Of a stretch of DNA of 50,507 nt, positions 35,843 through 43,157 are shown one piece after another (position 1 is the stretch's first letter; the number at the start of each line of letters is the position of its first letter). This stretch comes from Bacteroidota bacterium. Lineage in GTDB: Bacteria; Bacteroidota; Bacteroidia; NS11-12g; UBA955. Position numbers and translations under genes: made by a program. The stretch spans positions 1 through 50,507 of the forward strand of contig JBJTNN010000299.1 of the NCBI GenBank assembly GCA_046074125.1. The letters are read 5' to 3'. The notes under the pieces are model-generated. The model did not search any database and was not told where the DNA came from. It worked only from the letters and a program-made list of their open reading frames with translations.

Positions 35843-37477
35843 ATGAGCACGCAGGACATTCAGTTTAACAAGAATGAGGATTTGAACAAGCAGGAGTGGG
35901 ATTTGGTGAAATCGCGCTTAGAGAAAATCTATTTGGGGGGTGGGGCGAAGGCTGCGGCCAAACAAAAAGAAAAGGGAAAAATGTTGTGTCGGGAGCGGGT
36001 AGATTACTTGCGCGATCCCAATTCAGCGTGGATAGAGATTGGTGCGTTTGCGGGGTATGAAATGTATGAGGAGCAAGGCGGTTGTGTTGGCGGGGGGGTG
36101 GTCACGGGCATTGGTTATGTATCGGGCAAACAGTGTGTGATTGTGGCCAACGATGCCACAGTGAAGGCGGGTGCTTGGTTTCCCATTACGGGCAAGAAAA
36201 ATTTGAGGGCTCAGGAGATTGCCATGGAAAATCGTTTACCCATCATTTATTTGGTGGATAGTGCGGGGGTGTTTTTGCCGATGCAGGATGAGATTTTTGC
36301 CGATAAAGAGCATTTTGGACGGATGTTTCGCAACAATGCCCACATGAGTGCCATGGGGATTACCCAGATTGCGGCGGTGATGGGCAGTTGTGTGGCCGGT
36401 GGTGCCTATTTACCCATCATGAGTGATGAAGCCTTAATCGTGGAAGGCAATGGCAGCATCTTTTTGGCGGGCAGTTACTTGGTGAAGGCTGCGATTGGCG
36501 AGGACATCGACAACGAAACCTTGGGCGGTGCAACCACGCAAACGGAGATTTCGGGGGTGATTGATGATAAGTTTCCGAGCGACGAAGCTTGTTTGGATCG
36601 CATTCGTTACATCATGGACAAGATCGGCAAGTATGAGGAGGCGGGGTTTGATCGTATCGCATCGACCCAACCCAAAAAGTCTATGGAAGAAATTTGGGGC
36701 TTGTTGCCGAATGAGCGGAGTAAGCCGTATAACTCGGTGGAGGTGATTGAGCGATTGGTCGACAACAGCGAATTTGAGCAATACAAAGAGGGCTATGGCA
36801 AGTCGATCCTGTGTGGTTATGCGCGCATTGATGGCTGGGCCGTGGGGATTGTGGCGAACAACCGTGAAATCGTGAAGAGCAAGAAGGGTGAAATGCAATT
36901 TGGCGGGGTGATTTATTCAGACAGTGCGGATAAGGCGGCTCGATTCATCATGAATTGCAATCAGAAGAAGATTCCTTTGGTGTTTTTGCAAGATGTAACG
37001 GGATTCATGGTGGGCAGTAGAAGTGAGCATGGGGGAATCATTAAGGATGGTGCGAAAATGGTGATGGCGATGAGCAACAGCACAGTGCCCAAATTCACCA
37101 TTGTGATGGGCAATAGCTATGGAGCGGGCAATTACGCGATGTGTGGTAAGGCTTACGACCCTCGTTTGATTGTGGCTTGGCCGGGTGCGAAGATTGCGGT
37201 GATGGGTGGTGAACAAGCGGCCAAAACCTTGTTACAAATTGAGAAGGCCAGTTTGAAGGCCAAAGGAGAGAACATCGATCCGGAGGTGGAGAAAGCGTTG
37301 TTGGAGAAAATCACCGCGCGGTACAATGCACAGACTACGCCATATTATGCGGCGGCCCGTTTGTGGGTGGATGCGATCATTTCTCCGATGGACACCCGTC
37401 AGTGGATTTCGATGGGTATTGAGGCGGCCAATCATGCGCCTGTGAAGCCGTTTAATCCCGGGATTTTGCAGACCTAA
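35843..37477 (+). CDS. Acyl-CoA carboxylase carboxyltransferase (beta) subunit, methylcrotonyl-/propionyl-CoA carboxylase type
   Basis: 544 aa. GGGAKAAAKQKEKGKMLCRERVDYL, ANDATVKAGAW, and the two crotonase-like CT halves with GNSYGAGNYAM. Confidence 0.85.
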   Translation: MSTQDIQFNKNEDLNKQEWDLVKSRLEKIYLGGGAKAAAKQKEKGKMLCRERVDYLRDPNSAWIEIGAFAGYEMYEEQGGCVGGGVVTGIGYVSGKQCVIVANDATVKAGAWFPITGKKNLRAQEIAMENRLPIIYLVDSAGVFLPMQDEIFADKEHFGRMFRNNAHMSAMGITQIAAVMGSCVAGGAYLPIMSDEALIVEGNGSIFLAGSYLVKAAIGEDIDNETLGGATTQTEISGVIDDKFPSDEACLDRIRYIMDKIGKYEEAGFDRIASTQPKKSMEEIWGLLPNERSKPYNSVEVIERLVDNSEFEQYKEGYGKSILCGYARIDGWAVGIVANNREIVKSKKGEMQFGGVIYSDSADKAARFIMNCNQKKIPLVFLQDVTGFMVGSRSEHGGIIKDGAKMVMAMSNSTVPKFTIVMGNSYGAGNYAMCGKAYDPRLIVAWPGAKIAVMGGEQAAKTLLQIEKASLKAKGENIDPEVEKALLEKITARYNAQTTPYYAAARLWVDAIISPMDTRQWISMGIEAANHAPVKPFNPGILQT

Positions 37478-37925
37478 ACTGCGATTGATAGGTTTGTATC
37501 CAATCGTTGACAGTCATTTTTTGGGCAAGTTCTGCTAGGAGATTTAGCGGCACATCTTCGGCTTTTTTGAATCGTACGCACCCTTTTCCCATGTCTAATT
37601 TCTTGGTGCTGTATTTGGGCCATTCGCTCTGAAACCAATCGAGTAAAGGTCCGCTCGCGTAAAGTCCCATGTGATGCAGGGCGATGTGTGATTTGGTGGA
37701 TCCGAGGTTGATGAAGGGCAGCGGCAATTTGGGGTTGCAGTGGTATCCTGCAGGGAAAATGCTGTGGGGCACCACAAAGCCAATCATGCCATAACTCATC
37801 ACTTGCTGAAAGCCTTGGGGCAGGTGTTGCGATAACGTTTCGGCGATGGCTTTGACGATTTCTTGTCGATCTGCCGGCAATTGCGCGATGTATTCCTCGG
37901 GGTTTTGTATGGTTTCTTTGGTCAT
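37452..37925 (-). CDS. DUF1801 (YdhG-like) domain protein
   Basis: 157 aa. The N-terminal EEYIAQLPADRQEIVKAI and SYGMIGF...HIALH pattern is typical of DUF1801. Confidence 0.6.
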   Translation of the reverse strand: MTKETIQNPEEYIAQLPADRQEIVKAIAETLSQHLPQGFQQVMSYGMIGFVVPHSIFPAGYHCNPKLPLPFINLGSTKSHIALHHMGLYASGPLLDWFQSEWPKYSTKKLDMGKGCVRFKKAEDVPLNLLAELAQKMTVNDWIQTYQSQFRSAKSRD

Positions 37926-37950
37926 GGTTTGGGTTTTATTTTGGGCCTAC

Positions 37951-38391
37951 TTACGTGGCTTTCGTAATTTTTACAATTTTAAGAAACGAAAATATTTGTC
38001 CGCTCATAAAAATTAAGAAGAACGTCAAGATAAGAGGAAAGATAAATGGAGGCTCATTTGACTTGTCTTTTAGTAGTCCAGCTACTAGAATTATTTGAAA
38101 AATTGTCAGGCCGATTAAAAATGTCCGATAGAACATTAGTTCATTTTTTTGTCTAATGGATTTAACGGTTGCGGTCAATAAGATAAGTGTTGGAAATGCA
38201 TAAACCATTGTCCAAAGTCGTGATTTCATTTTCTCTGCTGCGTACCTTTTTCCATCGTCAGCCCAATCTTCTAAAACTGCTCTGTCACTCACGTCAGCAG
38301 GGGTACCCAGAAAAAGGTCACTAAGCCAAAAAACGAGAATTAAACCGAGTGTCAGAGTGAATAATATTTGAAGTGATTTTGTCAATCTCAT
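37951..38391 (-). CDS. Islet cassette 4: small 4-TM membrane protein, unknown function
   Basis: 146 aa with four hydrophobic segments, AT-rich codons and an ATG start preceded by junction element A. Confidence 0.55.
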   Translation of the reverse strand: MRLTKSLQILFTLTLGLILVFWLSDLFLGTPADVSDRAVLEDWADDGKRYAAEKMKSRLWTMVYAFPTLILLTATVKSIRQKNELMFYRTFLIGLTIFQIILVAGLLKDKSNEPPFIFPLILTFFLIFMSGQIFSFLKIVKITKAT

Positions 38392-38411
38392 TGTCTTTTA
38401 ATTTGGTTATG

Positions 38412-38447
38412 TGTCGTCTTTTGGAGTGAGGCCTAAAGTTTTCGGGC
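38412..38447 (-). repeat. Islet junction element A (short form)
   Basis: Plus strand: tgtcgtc-tt-ttggagtgagg-cctaaa-gttttcggg. It lies 20 nt upstream of the cassette-4 ATG. Confidence 0.5.
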
Positions 38448-38478
38448 TTCTTCTCTTCCGTTGTAATGTCGGTCAATT

Positions 38479-39036
38479 TTAATTTGTTTTTTCAGTTGTG
38501 CCAAATATTTTGTTGAACTTAACAGGAAAACGAAACCATAAAAAAGCTGTAATTGAACCAAGTCCAAGTAAAAGCATAAATGCGGTTAATGGGCTTTTGT
38601 CTGTCCGCACTGTTTCAAAGTCAAGTAAAGTGGTGTTGTCATTGTCGATTTGAAAAACTTCTGGTTCGTATTCGTCAACTTCGCTTTTTCTAACCCAAAC
38701 TTTCACTGTGTCAGATCTTTTTAGCCCTTGTAAAATTTTCTCATATTTTTCGTTACTCCATTCGTCACCGATGTTTTCTGCGAAATAGAATTTCTGCTGT
38801 CTTCCGTTTATATAAAAAACGAGTTCAGATTTTCTGCTGTCGTGTCCTCGTCTATCAGTTACATTGGTTACGTATGTGTCTGCGGCACGAAGCGTTCCTT
38901 TTATTTGTGTCAAACTTGACTTAAAAGTCAAAATTGTTGGAAATTGATAAATACCAAAACCAGTCAGCATAATACCAACTATCAAAAGGCTGTTTTGATA
39001 GTTTCTCGTCCACCAATCGTATTTCCTTTTTTCCAA
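38479..39036 (-). CDS. Islet cassette 3: TM - beta-rich domain - TM protein (DUF3592-like topology)
   Basis: 185 aa with an N-terminal TM (LLIVGIMLTGFGIYQF) and a C-terminal TM (LTAFMLLLGLGSITAFLWF). The only available start is a TTG, which also forms part of a TAATTTTG string. Confidence 0.5.
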   Translation of the reverse strand: MEKRKYDWWTRNYQNSLLIVGIMLTGFGIYQFPTILTFKSSLTQIKGTLRAADTYVTNVTDRRGHDSRKSELVFYINGRQQKFYFAENIGDEWSNEKYEKILQGLKRSDTVKVWVRKSEVDEYEPEVFQIDNDNTTLLDFETVRTDKSPLTAFMLLLGLGSITAFLWFRFPVKFNKIFGTTEKTN

Positions 39037-39077
39037 AATTATTGCCGTTTTTTAGTTTGTTCGTTTGTTGTTGGTAG

Positions 39078-39134
39078 TGTCGTCATAGTCTGACCGCTAA
39101 CGTTGTGCATATTTGGGATGGACGCGTTTCGGAG
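39078..39134 (-). repeat. Islet junction element B (long form)
   Basis: Plus strand: tgtcgtc-atagtctgaccgctaacgttgtgcata-tttgggatgg-acgcgtttcggag. By eye it is about two-thirds identical to element C over ~50 nt. Confidence 0.5.
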
Positions 39135-39200
39135 TAATCAAAGGTATATATCCATTTATCTATTTTTTGCATTATTCATTTACTTCAATTCTGTCAATTT

Positions 39201-39635
39201 CTATCGTAAAATACTTTTGACTTTTTCATAATCAATATCTGTATTTGTGGTAGGGATATTAATAATTAAATTTTTATTTGAGTTAAAAAATTGAAGGTGG
39301 CTTATGGTTGTTTTTGCATAAATTTCCTCATGTCGAAAATACTCTAGGTCCTTTAATTCATAGGTCAAGTCGGTTTTGTTAATTGAAACCTTGTCTTGAT
39401 CAATGATACAAATGGGTTTCTTGTCAGCGGATTTAACAATGAAATATAAACCAAACGATGAAAAGAATAAGGATATGATCAAGTCAATCCATAATAAACT
39501 TGTGTCATTTTTGAGTTCGGGATAGGCTTTAACGTTAAAAGCAAGTACTAAAAAAAGTGCTATTGAAGCATAAAACAAATTAATTGCCTTTGATGGTCGT
39601 ATTTCTATTGATGGTCGATTTTGCATGGTCATCAT
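39201..39635 (-). CDS. Islet cassette 2b: 2-TM N-terminus plus small soluble domain, unknown function
   Basis: 144 aa. It starts 11 nt after the stop of the upstream lipoprotein gene, so it has no junction element of its own. Confidence 0.5.
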   Translation of the reverse strand: MMTMQNRPSIEIRPSKAINLFYASIALFLVLAFNVKAYPELKNDTSLLWIDLIISLFFSSFGLYFIVKSADKKPICIIDQDKVSINKTDLTYELKDLEYFRHEEIYAKTTISHLQFFNSNKNLIINIPTTNTDIDYEKVKSILR

Positions 39636-39646
39636 AGTTGTCTACT

Positions 39647-40291
39647 TCAAGGTGTGCTTTTTTTTAAGTCAAACCCCTGCAAGTAAGAGATTTTCCATCG
39701 GTCATTTTCTTTTACAACTCTGAATTTATATTGAAAGTCGTTCCAACTAGGTTCTGTAATTAATTCAGGTTTTCCCCATTTCCAAATCAGTTCCCCATTT
39801 TCAATATTTATCCATTTAATTTCTACATAATCAAATGGATTTGGATCATCATAAGGAATGTCTTGACTTCCTGTCCAAGGGTTAACAGTACTTGAAAAAT
39901 TAAATGTCGGCATGTCACCTACTAACCACTTTTCGATGTTACCGTTTCTGAGTCCATTGTCCAGATTCAAAATTATTTGGTTGTAGTTTTCAATAAACTC
40001 TTTAGCAAAAAAGTTGGTCTTTTGAAGTTGGTCAAGGTTTTGTTTGTGCTTGTCAAGATCAAAACCAATGTAAACGCTGTCTTTGCTGTCTGCAAGAACC
40101 GGAAGTAAGTCAATTGAATTTTTGGTGTCTGCCCAATTAAGTACTTGTCTGATAAGATTTTGAATTTGCTCTATGTCGTTTGCTGAAGTTGTTGCTTTTT
40201 TTTCTATATCTGAAGTCCTTTTTTTGACGGCTTGATTGCAGCCGAAAAGCAGAAGTCCCAATATTAATGTTGTAAATTTAATGTGTTTCAT
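39647..40291 (-). CDS. Islet cassette 2a: lipoprotein, unknown function
   Basis: ATG 40291 gives MKHIKFTTLILGLLLFGC-NQ (lipobox LFGC). The longer GTG-initiated form (40375) runs through the conserved junction element and is rejected. Confidence 0.55.
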   Translation of the reverse strand: MKHIKFTTLILGLLLFGCNQAVKKRTSDIEKKATTSANDIEQIQNLIRQVLNWADTKNSIDLLPVLADSKDSVYIGFDLDKHKQNLDQLQKTNFFAKEFIENYNQIILNLDNGLRNGNIEKWLVGDMPTFNFSSTVNPWTGSQDIPYDDPNPFDYVEIKWINIENGELIWKWGKPELITEPSWNDFQYKFRVVKENDRWKISYLQGFDLKKSTP

Positions 40292-40315
40292 TTCTTGTTT
40301 GTTCTTTGTCCGTGT

Positions 40316-40365
40316 TGGTCGTTTTAAATGAGCCAAAACGTTTCGCAGATTGGCGATGGGCGGGC
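40316..40365 (-). repeat. Islet junction element C (long form)
   Basis: Plus strand: tggtcgt-tttaaatgagccaaaacgtttcgcaga-ttggcgatggg-cgggc. Confidence 0.5.
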
Positions 40366-40473
40366 TTATTAGCACAGAGGTTAGTTCGGAGAACCGAACT
40401 TTCTGTTACCACTAAACTGTCAAGCGGTGACGAAACCCAGCCTATTGCCAATGTGCTGTTTGCACCGGTTATT

Positions 40474-41133
40474 CTATTCTTCTGTCCTGTTATCAAGTCG
40501 GCCTAATGCTTTTTGTCTTGAATAGTCTTTGTTTTTGTAATCATAGTTAGGAATGTCAATAATGAAGTCCTGAAATGATCTGTTGTTACTTGTAACTAAA
40601 GAACCGTAAATGACTTGTAAACTTGTCGTGTCTTTGTATTTACAATATTCACAAAAATGTTTTAGCTCTTTTCTGTTTCCATTTTTGTCAACATAATAGT
40701 ACTTAGAGTCAGAAAGTCTTATCGAATTTCCTTTTAATGTGAATGTTGTCTTTAAGTGTCCGTTCGCTGGAACTCTGTATACTCTCCGTTTACCTTCAAA
40801 TTCTTCTTTGGCACCATCTTGAACTCCATATTCAATAACCACTTGTCCACGATATCCGTCTGGAATTAGAAAAATGTCATATGAAGCTCTGTCTTTTGCT
40901 ATAATTCCATAAAGTGTCAAGAATGGAAGAATACTCCAAAAGATTTGCCAACCCATCTTAATTTTTTTAAACCCCAATGCAATGAAGATTTGAACAATAC
41001 CAATGCCGCAAAATATTAAGAACAAATAAGTTGGCCAAGCTTGTGATAAGAACATTGAAATACTAAGTCCGATACCAACGATTAATGTGATCAGTCCAGT
41101 CCATAATAACATTTTGTTTGTCTGTCGTCTCAT
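40474..41133 (-). CDS. Islet cassette 1: 4-TM N-terminus plus C-terminal soluble domain, unknown function
   Basis: 219 aa. The second ATG (41112, MLLWTGL...) may be the true start, because the shared GACGACA motif overlaps codons 2-5 of the long form. Confidence 0.5.
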   Translation of the reverse strand: MRRQTNKMLLWTGLITLIVGIGLSISMFLSQAWPTYLFLIFCGIGIVQIFIALGFKKIKMGWQIFWSILPFLTLYGIIAKDRASYDIFLIPDGYRGQVVIEYGVQDGAKEEFEGKRRVYRVPANGHLKTTFTLKGNSIRLSDSKYYYVDKNGNRKELKHFCEYCKYKDTTSLQVIYGSLVTSNNRSFQDFIIDIPNYDYKNKDYSRQKALGRLDNRTEE

Positions 41134-41165
41134 TGGGAATGCATGTTAACTAGAACCTAAACGAA
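41123..41165 (-). repeat. Islet junction element D (short form)
   Basis: Plus strand: tgtcgtc-tca-ttgggaatgcatg-ttaactagaa-cctaaa-cgaaa. It shares tgtcgtc, ttgg..atg and cctaaa with element A. Confidence 0.5.
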
Positions 41166-41187
41166 ACTAAGACAATCAACTAAGACA
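41165..41187. repeat. 10-nt direct repeat AACTAAGACA x2 (13-nt register) in the islet leader
   Basis: Exact copies at 41165-41174 and 41178-41187, about 35-75 nt upstream of the first cassette start candidates. Confidence 0.6.
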
Positions 41188-41462
41188 TCAAAATATCTTT
41201 TGAATAGGTTGTTTAACTCGCTATTCCCAGCGACGAAATGCAATTTCTTGTTAGTTTGAATCATTTGATTAAATTTATGTATTTGAAATCTGGATCAGAT
41301 ATTTCTAAACGCAGTCTTTTTGTCTATCCATTTATAGAAGTCTATCACTATTTGCTATTATTTGGTTTTTTATTCCTGATGAATAAGTATTTCCGAACCA
41401 AGGATTCGTAAACGGTTAAATTGGTCTGACAATAAATTGTCATTTTCTTATTCCAAGATAGA

Positions 41463-43049
41463 CTAATAACCAATTTCATTGGGGTCTTTGGTCAGGGGAG
41501 GGGGTGTTAACAGAAAAGCGGCGTTGTCTTTGAATTGCTTTTGCCAAGTAGATTCTTCATGGCCGAGTCCCTGATCTACTTGGGTTTTCCAATTGCCAGG
41601 CAAAAAAGTTCCATCGACGAGGTATTTGTCGATTTCGTATCCAGACTTTGCCATGATTTGATCGATGCGTTTTTGGGTGGGACCGTACAAAGCATCCAAT
41701 CCCTCGGTGCCGTGGGTAAAGAGGATTTTGTGGTTGATGCGGTTGGGCATGTTCTTTTTGAAATATCGCACCATGGCATCGGGAATGGGGTTGTTTTTCA
41801 TTTCAAAAATGCCGGGCCAATGCGTGGAGAAGCAAGCCGCTGTGCCAAAAACTCCGGGGTATTCACAAATGCCATACATCGAAATTAACCCACCCATCGA
41901 TGAGCCACCGATGACCGTATGCGCCGCGTCGTTGTAGGTATTGTAGGTATTGTTGATGAAGGGCCTGAGCTCGTACACGATGAATTTGAGGTAGTCGTCG
42001 CTGTTGATGGGGTTGTGAAACACATCAGACTGATTCTGTCGTTTCGCCTCCATGATGGCCGCTTTTTCTTTGTCGGTCAGCGATTCATAGACCTTTTGTG
42101 GAAAGTAGTTTGAATGTCGGTTCACCCCATCGTTCCATATGCCCACAACGATGTAATCTTGGTTTTGATAGGCCGACATCGTTTCATCAATCCCCCATTC
42201 TTGGTGGTTCCAGGTGCTGTTGCCATCGAACAGATTTTGTCCATCGTGCAAATAAATCACCCCGTATTTTTTTTCGGGATTGTAATTGCTGGGTAGCCAA
42301 ACATCCACGTTTCTGGCTGTCACGAAAGTGGAGGGGAAATAATGGAGTCGATCGATGCGACCTTGGCTTGGCGCGGCGTTGGGTGTTCGAACGAGGGTTG
42401 CTGTTTGGTAAGATTGAACGGGAAAGGACTTTACAGCGGGGATTTCGGTGGTGTCGTACCCGGTGATTTTGCCATCGATCGGACTGATGCGAGGCACGAT
42501 ATGTAGGGTATCATTGTTTTGTGAATAGGGGTGAGCTCGTTGTGAAGTGAGGGTAAATTGAATGGAATCACCACAGAACTTGTAGCTGCTGTAAATGGTG
42601 CTATTGAGGACGGTAAACTCGGAAAATAGGGTGTTGTTGTAGAAAGATGCGTCGATGTGAATGCCATTTAATTCATCGATATAGATATTGCTGGGTGTGC
42701 GCAGATCGGCGACCAATTCATATCGGCGAATATCACTGTCGTATTTGATGATGAAGGGATAGCGAAGTTGGGGGTTGAGGTTTTTTTCTGAAGGCGGGGT
42801 GGTGATGGGTTTGCCAAAGATGATTTCCATGGTGGCGGTCATTCCTACATCCGTACTGTTTTTAAAGATGTTGAGTTTGCCTTTATAATGGCCAAAAAAG
42901 CGTTCTTGGTGAAAGGCGGGTATTGTGGTTTTCTGTTGTACTGCGGGGTTTTGGGCTGTATTTTGTTGGGCAGAGACTGCAATGGGGAAAACAACCAGGA
43001 CGAATTGCAGGAAACCGAACACGTAGGATTTGGGGTTTAATGGGTTCAT
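41463..43049 (-). CDS. Secreted alpha/beta-hydrolase of the putative esterase (esterase D/enterochelin esterase-like) family with an extra N-terminal domain
   Basis: ATG 43049 gives signal peptide MNPLNPKSYVFGFLQFVLVVFPIAVSAQ. The C-terminal half has YLHDGQN, nucleophile elbow IGGSSMGG and FTHGTEGLD. Confidence 0.65.
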   Translation of the reverse strand: MNPLNPKSYVFGFLQFVLVVFPIAVSAQQNTAQNPAVQQKTTIPAFHQERFFGHYKGKLNIFKNSTDVGMTATMEIIFGKPITTPPSEKNLNPQLRYPFIIKYDSDIRRYELVADLRTPSNIYIDELNGIHIDASFYNNTLFSEFTVLNSTIYSSYKFCGDSIQFTLTSQRAHPYSQNNDTLHIVPRISPIDGKITGYDTTEIPAVKSFPVQSYQTATLVRTPNAAPSQGRIDRLHYFPSTFVTARNVDVWLPSNYNPEKKYGVIYLHDGQNLFDGNSTWNHQEWGIDETMSAYQNQDYIVVGIWNDGVNRHSNYFPQKVYESLTDKEKAAIMEAKRQNQSDVFHNPINSDDYLKFIVYELRPFINNTYNTYNDAAHTVIGGSSMGGLISMYGICEYPGVFGTAACFSTHWPGIFEMKNNPIPDAMVRYFKKNMPNRINHKILFTHGTEGLDALYGPTQKRIDQIMAKSGYEIDKYLVDGTFLPGNWKTQVDQGLGHEESTWQKQFKDNAAFLLTPPPLTKDPNEIGY

Positions 43050-43113
43050 TTTGAATTTAATGGTCGATTCAAATATCCAAGAATTTAGCGAAAGTGGGGC
43101 GGGGAATTCGGTG

Positions 43114-43121
43114 TATTTTTG
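43114..43121 (+). promoter_or_regulatory. -7 box TATTTTTG upstream of the ABC-F gene
   Basis: Matches TAnnTTTG and lies 36 nt upstream of ATG 43158. Confidence 0.35.
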
Positions 43122-43157
43122 TTGCTTGGTTGTTGCCATGCAGCAAACCTTGAAAAC

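Larger units (their letters stand above)
37951..41462 (-). other. Low-GC genomic islet: four-cassette array of five small membrane/lipoprotein genes plus an AT-rich leader
   Basis: Hand counts of 60-nt lines give 20/60, 14/60 and 16/60 G+C inside the islet (38041, 39241, 40681). The flanks give 29/60 and 33/60 (37201, 41881). All five genes share one strand, and the junction element is repeated. Confidence 0.65.

Noticed and set aside
39034-39041. TAATTTTG string (minus strand) overlapping the TTG start of the 38479-39036 gene, considered as a promoter that would invalidate that start codon.
   Set aside because: An in-frame TAA lies immediately upstream. The next ATG would delete the N-terminal TM helix and the positive-inside KRK, so the TTG start is kept and the motif is treated as possibly coincidental.
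40383-40400. Hairpin agttcgg-agaa-ccgaact downstream of islet cassette 1, considered as an attC-like or terminator structure.
   Set aside because: It has a 7-bp stem, no U-tract on the coding strand, no counterpart in the other three junctions, and no flanking integron R'/R'' core sequences.
40278-40506. Two ~70-aa ORFs (40278-40496 minus, 40306-40506 plus) and the GTG-extended form of the lipoprotein gene (to 40375), all in the gap between islet cassettes 1 and 2.
   Set aside because: They run across junction element C, which is conserved at the nucleotide level with element B rather than as protein. The lipoprotein signal peptide begins cleanly at ATG 40291.
37936-41365. Possible direct repeats flanking the islet: ttattttgg at 37936-37944 versus attatttgg at 41357-41365.
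   Set aside because: The match is only 8-9 nt, imperfect and in AT-rich sequence, so it could arise by chance. It cannot be treated as att-site duplication without an empty-site comparison.
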